This document shows, one piece after another, positions 57,482 to 64,000 of a DNA stretch of 64,000 nucleotides (position 1 is its first letter; the number at the start of each line of letters is the position of its first letter). A program made the translations under genes and the position numbers. Below the pieces are notes generated by a model that had not been told where the DNA came from, did not search any database, and worked only from the letters and a program-made list of their open reading frames with translations. The stretch is from a virus: IMG/VR virus record IMGVR_UViG_3300032214_001034, positions 1 through 64,000 of that record. One strand, given 5' to 3'.

Positions 57482-58279
57482 ATGTCGCAGCTATACGTTG
57501 ACAACATCAAAAACAGAACAGGTGGATCAGTTGGATTTCCGACTGGAATTGTTGTAACGGGGGTTGCGACTGCTACGCAATTTAGTGGAAACATCACAGG
57601 AACAACAGCAACATTCTCTGGTAATGTGTCAGTTGGAGGCACATTAAGTTATGAAGATGTAACGAATGTTGATTCAGTCGGATTGATCACTGCAAGAAAT
57701 GGTATTGATGTAACAGCGGGTGGTATTAATGCTGTTGGTGTTGTAAGTGCTACTAGTTTTGTCGGAACTGCATTAAGTATTTCTGGTATTGGAACTATCA
57801 GCGACCTAAGTATAAAAGCAGCTGCAGAAACAGTATCAGTCGCCTCAACAAGTGATTTGGGTGGGGGAAAGGTTGTAATTGAGTGTGATGCAACAAATGG
57901 AACAGTATTTACTCACAATCTTGTGAATGGAACTGTTGGTATTGTTTCATTAAAAAATTTCCCAGTTAGAGGAAATTCTGTTACAACATATTCAATTATA
58001 TTCAACCAACTTCCAACAACTCCTGCAGGGGCTGGTAATACAACTCCAGCAACAGGTATTGGAACTAATATTACATTAACTCCTTCAGGTGTTTCTGGAT
58101 TTACAACATCAGCAAGAGTTGCAACAGCATCTACTGTAACTCTTTCAACAACTGCAAATGATGTAGATATTGTAACTCTTGCAGTTCATTACAATGGTTC
58201 TGGAACAGGAACTCCAGGAAATTACAGAGTATTTGCAACAGGAAATACTGGATATAGATTCGGAACTATTGGATTCTGA
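57482..58279 (+). CDS. Fibre connector with a fused C-terminal beta domain
   Basis: MSQLYVDNIKNRTG, LSYEDVTNVD and TLSTTANDVDIV. Confidence 0.65.
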   Translation: MSQLYVDNIKNRTGGSVGFPTGIVVTGVATATQFSGNITGTTATFSGNVSVGGTLSYEDVTNVDSVGLITARNGIDVTAGGINAVGVVSATSFVGTALSISGIGTISDLSIKAAAETVSVASTSDLGGGKVVIECDATNGTVFTHNLVNGTVGIVSLKNFPVRGNSVTTYSIIFNQLPTTPAGAGNTTPATGIGTNITLTPSGVSGFTTSARVATASTVTLSTTANDVDIVTLAVHYNGSGTGTPGNYRVFATGNTGYRFGTIGF

Positions 58280-58292
58280 TAGGAGGTAGATT

Positions 58293-59300
58293 ATGGCACC
58301 ATTTTTTACTGGAATTGCAAAGAATATAGGTGGTTATGGATTTGGTAGAAGAAGAAGTGGGCCCGTTCCATTTTCTGCTACTGGAGGTACTTTAGTTTCT
58401 CCGGGAAATGGATATAATTATCACGTTTTTCTTACACCCGGAACTTTTACAGTAACTTCAGGAACTGCTAATGTAGAATATCTGGTAGTTGCTGGTGGTG
58501 GAGCAGGTGCTTATGATGGAAGATCCCCATCAGACCGACAAGCAACAGGTGGTGGTGCTGGAGGTTTAAGAACTAACTCACCAACAGCACCAGCACCATT
58601 AAAGGCACCAGATTTACCTCTAGACGCAGGAACATATCCTGTTAGTGTTGGTCCTGGAGGAGTTGGTGGTTTTGTTACTGGACCCGGTTCTGATGGATTT
58701 AGAGTAGGAAATAAGGGCGGAGATTCAACATTTCATACTATAACTTCAAACGCAGGTGGTGGTGGAGGAGGTCATTATCCACCAGCTGGAGGTAATGTCT
58801 ATCCAGATATAACAGTATATAAAGGTGGATCTGGATCTAGTGGAAATGGACCATCAACATCTGATGGAAACTTTCCACCAACTTCTCCGCCACAAGGAAA
58901 TCCTTCTGGTGCTGCAAGCGGACCTGGAGCTAGTGTTGGTGGTGCTGGTGGTGCTGGTGGTGTTGGGGGTCCAGGATTAACTGGTGCTGGCGGCGCTGGA
59001 TTGGCAGTTCCTGCTTTTGCTGCGCCACTAATTTCGCCGGCAATCCCCGCACCAGTTCAACCAACTTGGATACCTGCTGTTGGACCTACAGGGTTGTATG
59101 CTGGTGGTGGTGGATCTACGAGTAATTTTTCTGATGGAACAATTATTGGACCTGGTGGACCGGGTGGAGGCGGAAGTGCTGGTAGACCTGCAGGATCTGC
59201 AGCAGTTACTTATACAGGTGGTGGTGGTGGGGGATCTGGTGGATCTGCAACTTTTGCATCTGGTGGATCCGGAATTGTTATTGTTAGATATGTTGCATAA
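58293..59300 (+). CDS. Glycine-rich domain protein (single domain), putative adhesin
   Basis: ATGG..PGNGYNYHVF..PGTF...GGSGIVIVRY; paralogue of 46450. Confidence 0.75.
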   Translation: MAPFFTGIAKNIGGYGFGRRRSGPVPFSATGGTLVSPGNGYNYHVFLTPGTFTVTSGTANVEYLVVAGGGAGAYDGRSPSDRQATGGGAGGLRTNSPTAPAPLKAPDLPLDAGTYPVSVGPGGVGGFVTGPGSDGFRVGNKGGDSTFHTITSNAGGGGGGHYPPAGGNVYPDITVYKGGSGSSGNGPSTSDGNFPPTSPPQGNPSGAASGPGASVGGAGGAGGVGGPGLTGAGGAGLAVPAFAAPLISPAIPAPVQPTWIPAVGPTGLYAGGGGSTSNFSDGTIIGPGGPGGGGSAGRPAGSAAVTYTGGGGGGSGGSATFASGGSGIVIVRYVA

Positions 59301-59303
59301 AGT

Positions 59304-59332
59304 TTGACACTCCAACAAACATCCTATATAAT
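59304..59332 (+). promoter_or_regulatory. Consensus sigma70 (early) promoter for the oxygenase/halogenase operon
   Basis: TTGACA, 17 bp spacer, TATAAT. Confidence 0.85.
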
Positions 59333-59355
59333 ATCACTGAATACATTATTCAAAT

Positions 59356-59976
59356 ATGGCATTTCAATCAATTTGGTATTTTTCTGATCTACCAGAAGAA
59401 GTAGTAGATCTTGTAGAACGAGACCTTTCAGAAAAGTTCGAAGAGCAAATGGCAGACTCCAGATTGCATGGAGACGCACTGAACAAAGATAAACGAAACT
59501 CACAAAACGCTTGGATCCCCACCACACATTGGGTTGGTGGATTCGTATGGCACTATATTGAACGTGCAAACCGCGAGAACTTCCTCTATGACCTTCGTTG
59601 TATTGATGGAGAATCAATGCAGTTCACGAAGTATAGTGAAGGACAGTTCTATGGTTGGCATAATGACGCAGGTTTAGCGACTCAATACAAACCTGTAAGT
59701 GTTGGTAATCGTCAGGATGGTCTGGCACAAGATTTCTTGAATGAGAATATTGAACTTGTACGTAAACTTTCATTCGTGGTCCAACTCTCTGACCCCGATG
59801 ATTATGAAGGTGGCAATCTCCAACTTCTTGATGAAGCAGGGAATAGTTATATTGCTCCCCGTAAGCGTGGCACTGTGATTCTGTTTGATTCCCGCACACA
59901 ACATAGAGTTCTTAAAGTTACAAAAGGAACCCGTAAGAGTTTGGTAGGTTGGTGCGTAGGCAGCCGTTGGAAATAG
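59356..59976 (+). CDS. 2OG-Fe(II) oxygenase (prolyl-4-hydroxylase/PKHD-like)
   Basis: YGWHND, RKLS, YEGG and FDS..QHRV..VTKGTRKSLV. Confidence 0.9.
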   Translation: MAFQSIWYFSDLPEEVVDLVERDLSEKFEEQMADSRLHGDALNKDKRNSQNAWIPTTHWVGGFVWHYIERANRENFLYDLRCIDGESMQFTKYSEGQFYGWHNDAGLATQYKPVSVGNRQDGLAQDFLNENIELVRKLSFVVQLSDPDDYEGGNLQLLDEAGNSYIAPRKRGTVILFDSRTQHRVLKVTKGTRKSLVGWCVGSRWK

Positions 59977-60025
59977 AAACTTCGGTGGAACTGACTAAAT
60001 AGTTATATCTATATTGAATAAAACT

Positions 60026-60736
60026 ATGGAAAATCATTATGTTTACTATTCTTATGAGGAGTTTGGGAGGGGTTACATAGGTTGTAGGACCTGCGAATGT
60101 CTCCCAGAAGAAGATCAATATATGGGGTCTTTTACTGATGAAACATTCAATCCAACCAACAAGATAATCCTTGAAACTTTTTCTACAAGAAAAGAAGCAC
60201 TTCAAGCAGAAGTAGATCTCCATAAGTTTTATCAAGTAGACAAAAATTCTCACTTTGCTAATAAAGCAAGACAAAAAACAACTGGATTTTATTATTCATT
60301 TAAAGGAGCAATTCGCACAGAAGAATACAAAAAGAAAATGAGCGAAAGACTTAAAGGTAGAGAAATAAAACCAGAATGGATTGAAAAAATGAAAGAAAAT
60401 CTAAAACCTGCTTTTGGTGAAGATAATCATTTTTATGGAAAAAATCACACAGAAAAATCTAGAAAAGAAATTTCAAATTCCCTCAAAGAATATTATACAA
60501 ATAATTCACATCCTTGGTCTGGTAGAAAACATAGTGAAGAATCAAAAGTAAAATTTAGAATAAAAAACTCTGGTGAAAATAATCCAAATTTTGGAAAAAT
60601 ACAAAGTGAAGAAACAAAGGAAAAAGTTAGATTAGCAAAAATTGGTAAAAATTGGTGGTCTAATCAAATGGAAGAAAAATTTTGTAAAGAATGTCCTGGT
60701 GAAGGATGGAAACTTGGTAGAAAGAAAAGGAGGTAA
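60026..60736 (+). CDS. Free-standing GIY-YIG homing endonuclease with NUMOD3-type repeats
   Basis: YVY...YIG, YMGS, EAL.AE and (G)K.H(T/S)EE.K.K repeats; late motif TAAATA at 59996-60001. Confidence 0.82.
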   Translation: MENHYVYYSYEEFGRGYIGCRTCECLPEEDQYMGSFTDETFNPTNKIILETFSTRKEALQAEVDLHKFYQVDKNSHFANKARQKTTGFYYSFKGAIRTEEYKKKMSERLKGREIKPEWIEKMKENLKPAFGEDNHFYGKNHTEKSRKEISNSLKEYYTNNSHPWSGRKHSEESKVKFRIKNSGENNPNFGKIQSEETKEKVRLAKIGKNWWSNQMEEKFCKECPGEGWKLGRKKRR

Positions 60737-60739
60737 GTT

Positions 60740-61462
60740 ATGGCAGAACAAATGAGCGAACTGCAACTAATGATGCAGGAAAGGATGAATACGGGAACTG
60801 CTTGGACTCGTAATGAATCCTTTGAAAAGAATGGATATTTGGTAATCAAAGACCTTTGGGACCCAGAAGAACTTTATCATCCTCTGCCACCAGAACGTGG
60901 ACAGATGAACTGGTGGGGTAAAAAGATTGACCAGTTTACTCATACACCAGTAGAACAACAGGTTGAAGGTTCACTTGCGCGTTATTGGCACCCACAATAT
61001 CGTCAGATTCACTGTGGTATTCGCACAAAACTAGAAGAAGCACTGGGTCGTAAACTTTATAATACTTATTATTATGATAGATATTACTTCCCTGGTCAGG
61101 AACTTACACGTCACGCAGACCGTGATGCCTGTGAGATTTCTGTGACGGTTCATATCAGCACTAATCTGGAAGGTAAGGATGCTGATTGGCCGATCTTTAT
61201 TAAGACACCAGACCAATACGCAGACAAAAAGAAAACCCAGGTATTAGTTCCTGGTGAGAACCGTTCTGTGGTTCTCAAAGCAGGTGATGGTATGGTTTAT
61301 AAAGGTTGTGAACGCCCACACTGGCGTGATCCGATGCCTGGTGCAAAGAAGAATAAAAAACTGTTTGGTAAAACTTCTGAACTTTATTTTCATCAGATCT
61401 TTTTTCACTACGTGCTTCAAGATGGACAACGTGCCCACTGTGCTTGGGATAGAGCACGATGA
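60740..61462 (+). CDS. 2OG-Fe(II) oxygenase
   Basis: LTRHADRDACEISVT, WPIFI, GDGMVYKGCERPHWR and QIFFHYV. Confidence 0.8.
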   Translation: MAEQMSELQLMMQERMNTGTAWTRNESFEKNGYLVIKDLWDPEELYHPLPPERGQMNWWGKKIDQFTHTPVEQQVEGSLARYWHPQYRQIHCGIRTKLEEALGRKLYNTYYYDRYYFPGQELTRHADRDACEISVTVHISTNLEGKDADWPIFIKTPDQYADKKKTQVLVPGENRSVVLKAGDGMVYKGCERPHWRDPMPGAKKNKKLFGKTSELYFHQIFFHYVLQDGQRAHCAWDRAR

Positions 61463-62010
61463 AAACTCCACTTTTTGAATACCCTTCTTATCAATATCAA
61501 ATTGATGATTGGGATTTTAAAAAGAAGGGACTGCTAAATCGTATCAACTCTCAAAAGTTTGTAAGGACTACACTTCAAACTTTTGAGACCGACAGACAAA
61601 CAAACAAGAAGTCATATCTACATTACTTCCAAGACCTTATCAAACCTCAACTGTTTGAGTTTTGTCGGGAAGCAGAAGTTTCTTGTAGTATGACTGATTG
61701 TTGGTCTGTGAGATATAAACAAGGAGACCATCAGACCATTCACAATCATCGTAGTTGGGGATTTTCTGGTGTTCTTTATGTTGAGTATGATCCCAAACTT
61801 CATACTCCTACTTGTTTCGTTGCTCCTTGGCAAGACCCAAGAACTGATACAACAACATTAGCATATCCACAAAATGTAAAGGAGGGAACATTAGTGATTG
61901 TTCCTTCTTATACTTTACATTTTGTACATCCCAATCAAGTAAGAAAGCAGAGAACGATTATATCTTTTGACTTACTTCCCAAACTACCAGAACACCAAGC
62001 AATCCAGTGA
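61459..62010 (+). CDS. 2OG-Fe(II) oxygenase (HxH type)
   Basis: W..Y..GD..IHNH..FSGVLYV, EGTLVIVPSYTLHFV.PN and RTIISFD. Confidence 0.8.
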   Translation: MKTPLFEYPSYQYQIDDWDFKKKGLLNRINSQKFVRTTLQTFETDRQTNKKSYLHYFQDLIKPQLFEFCREAEVSCSMTDCWSVRYKQGDHQTIHNHRSWGFSGVLYVEYDPKLHTPTCFVAPWQDPRTDTTTLAYPQNVKEGTLVIVPSYTLHFVHPNQVRKQRTIISFDLLPKLPEHQAIQ

Positions 62011-63428
62011 AAATAGTTATTGTAGGAGGCGGAACCGCAGGATGGATTTCCGCCCTCATTCTTCAAAAGGAAACAGATCATAACATCACTTTGATTGATA
62101 GTTCTTCTATCGGACCATTAGGTGTTGGTGAAAGTACAACAGGACTCTTTGGACAAGTTATTCGTGCATACTTGTCTGAGGAGGACTTTGTTGAAAAGTG
62201 TGGTTTAACTCCTAAATTAGGAACACAATTTATCGGATGGTCCGATAAAGATTTTTATTCTCCATTAGAAGGTACATTCTCAGCACATGATGAGTTTGAT
62301 TATGCCTTCTATTATGGATTAGAAAACTCAAGACTGAATGATTATTCTGTATTCAGTTTATTTGCAAGTCAAGATAAGATTAATTTTAATAAGACAACTA
62401 CAAAAGAAAAGTTTGTCTCTGATAGAAGGTATGCATATCATTTAGATACTTACAAAACAATTGCATATCTAAAAGAAAAATGTGTTGAATCTGGTGTCCA
62501 ATTTATTGATTCAAAAGTTGTAGATATTTCTTTAGATAAATTCAGAAACGTAAATCAAATCTATACAGAAGACTCTGCGATAGAGTGTGATTTTGTAATT
62601 GACTGTAGTGGTTTCAATCGTACAGTCATATCAGCATATAATCCTAACTTTGTATCTTATGAGAAATGGATGAGTGTCAATACAGGACTTCCATTTAACT
62701 TAAGTTGGGATGAGATTGAATATAAAAAACCTGTTACTACATCAAGAGCTTTATCTTGTGGTTGGATGTGGATGATTCCAACACAACATAGTATTGGTTG
62801 TGGAATTGTATATGACAATAACTTTGCAACACAAGATGAAATAGTTGCAGAAGTCAATGAAATACTTGGAGTCAATATAAAAATAAGAAAAGAAATTAAA
62901 TTTAGATCTGGAAGACTGGATCAATCTTTGTGTCATAATGTTGCATCAATTGGCACTTGCTATTCATTCTTGGAACCATTACAAGCAACAAGTATTCATA
63001 CAACAATTCTACAAATAGAACGATTGGTTCATCTATTAGAGAATAGTATTACTGTAGATGACTATAATCTTTTTTGTGCAGATGTAGTTGATAATTATGC
63101 TGACTTTGTATCATTACATTATCAATTTAAGCATATTAATAATGAGTTCTGGCAAAGTAGAATTCCAAGAGAATATACAGCAGAAATGATTGAAAAATCA
63201 AAGAGACAAGCATTAACACCATATGATTATGATATTAATCGAGGACATTATGAACTAGTTGGTCATAATTTATGGAGTTATATACTTGCTGGTGGTCATT
63301 TAGTAACTCATCAAAGAATAAGTTATACGGAAGAGCAGTTAAATAATATTCAACTTTGGGAAAATCAAATTCCAGAAGTTTTAGAGAACTCTATGACATT
63401 CACCGATTTTCTGGGGATGTATAAATAA
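62007..63428 (+). CDS. Flavin-dependent (tryptophan) halogenase family protein
   Basis: GGGTAGW, GVGEST, K in TPKLG, IDCSGF, WMWMIP and FLEPLQATSI. Confidence 0.85.
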   Translation: MKIVIVGGGTAGWISALILQKETDHNITLIDSSSIGPLGVGESTTGLFGQVIRAYLSEEDFVEKCGLTPKLGTQFIGWSDKDFYSPLEGTFSAHDEFDYAFYYGLENSRLNDYSVFSLFASQDKINFNKTTTKEKFVSDRRYAYHLDTYKTIAYLKEKCVESGVQFIDSKVVDISLDKFRNVNQIYTEDSAIECDFVIDCSGFNRTVISAYNPNFVSYEKWMSVNTGLPFNLSWDEIEYKKPVTTSRALSCGWMWMIPTQHSIGCGIVYDNNFATQDEIVAEVNEILGVNIKIRKEIKFRSGRLDQSLCHNVASIGTCYSFLEPLQATSIHTTILQIERLVHLLENSITVDDYNLFCADVVDNYADFVSLHYQFKHINNEFWQSRIPREYTAEMIEKSKRQALTPYDYDINRGHYELVGHNLWSYILAGGHLVTHQRISYTEEQLNNIQLWENQIPEVLENSMTFTDFLGMYK

Positions 63429-63443
63429 CTAGAAAGTCATAAA

Positions 63444-63851
63444 ATGACAAGAGCAAGAGACCTAGCAAGATTAGGCAATAGCCAAGCACTTTCGGTTGAT
63501 AGTAACTTTAATGTTGGTATTAACTCCACACAACCCGATTCAAAGTTAGATGTTGTTGGTGTTGTTAGTGCTACTTCATTTTATGGTGATGGTTCAAACT
63601 TAACTGGTATTGCTGCTACTGATACAGTAAGCACCAGTTCTTTAAACGTTATTGGTATTTCCACTCTCGGTGGATTTACTACTTTTGGTAATAATGCTTT
63701 TATTGCGGGTATTGTAACTGCTACTAGTTTCAGCGGAACAGTCCCATCATCAAACTTAAGTGGAGCATTACCTGCTCTTGATGGTTCTGCACTTACAAAT
63801 CTCAATATTCCTGCAGGTTTTAACGAACTTGATGCAGCTTTGTTTAACTAA
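63444..63851 (+). CDS. Fibre shaft/connector protein
   Basis: MTRARDLA, ATSFYGDGSNLTGI, GALPALDGSALTN, C-terminal ELDAALFN. Confidence 0.7.
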   Translation: MTRARDLARLGNSQALSVDSNFNVGINSTQPDSKLDVVGVVSATSFYGDGSNLTGIAATDTVSTSSLNVIGISTLGGFTTFGNNAFIAGIVTATSFSGTVPSSNLSGALPALDGSALTNLNIPAGFNELDAALFN

Positions 63852-63873
63852 ATAATACAAAAAGTATATACCA

Positions 63874-64000
63874 ATGGGACTTAAAAGAACTAAACTCTTA
63901 GGAATTCAAGCAGTTACTGGTATTAATACCGTTGGTATTTTGACGGTTGGCACCACTCCAACTGCTGGTGGTGTTGGTATTGCATCAACCACTTATCTGC
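63874..64000 (+). CDS. Fibre adaptor-like protein type A (partial)
   Basis: MGLKRTKLLGIQAVTGINTVGILTVG...ASTTYL is a clear paralogue of the 46049 N-terminus. Confidence 0.65.
   Translation, partial: MGLKRTKLLGIQAVTGINTVGILTVGTTPTAGGVGIASTTYL

Noticed and set aside
40961-59300. Dense GGT/GGA triplet runs as a CRISPR array or satellite
   Set aside because: They are in-frame glycine codons in long ORFs, with no constant-length repeat-spacer periodicity.
46450-59300. Diversity-generating retroelement acting on the Gly-rich tips
   Set aside because: There is no reverse transcriptase in the window, all repeat copies are coding, and differences are not restricted to adenines. A DGR elsewhere in the genome cannot be excluded.
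46450-59300. Collagen triple-helix proteins
   Set aside because: There is no sustained Gly-X-Y periodicity; runs of consecutive Gly fit polyglycine-II instead.
41629-59318. Many Pro/His-rich antisense and Val/Trp-rich alternate-frame ORFs
   Set aside because: They are shadows of GGT-rich coding sequence, which lacks stops in other frames, and have no promoters or SDs.
59977-60739. Group I intron around the GIY-YIG gene
   Set aside because: Both flanking oxygenases look complete, and the 49 nt and 3 nt gaps leave no room for a ribozyme core.

Overview
This is a 64 kb AT-rich fragment of a T4-like cyanomyovirus genome. The host is probably a Synechococcus/Cyanobium-type picocyanobacterium, inferred from the psbA C-terminus. 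From left to right it carries: (1) an auxiliary-metabolic region with psbA (PhotoRC-II-type leader), psbD, an HNH nuclease, glutaredoxin, speD, and an NtcA box plus tandem glutamine riboswitch ahead of DUF4278-type micro-ORFs; (2) T4 core genes thyX, phoH, an exonuclease, gp33, gp59, gp32, gp53, gp48, gp2-like, gp4, gp54/19-like and gp26/gp51; (3) two tape-measure-like proteins, a hub protein, cp12, a split gp5 region with a PA14-repeat protein, tRNA-Leu(TAA), tRNA-Thr(TGT) and a Mom-like gene; (4) a ~29 kb fibre/adhesin island of repeated shaft, adaptor and glycine-rich tip modules, interrupted by an operon under a sigma70-type promoter with three 2OG-Fe(II) oxygenases, a GIY-YIG endonuclease and a flavin-dependent halogenase. 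The strongest leads are a complete -1 frameshift signal fusing gp26 to gp51 just upstream of the tape-measure-like genes, the modular fibre array with matched docking peptides and shared recombination blocks, the embedded oxygenase/halogenase operon as possible fibre-tailoring enzymes, and the phage nitrogen-sensing module. All family calls come from motif recognition by eye; no searches were run.
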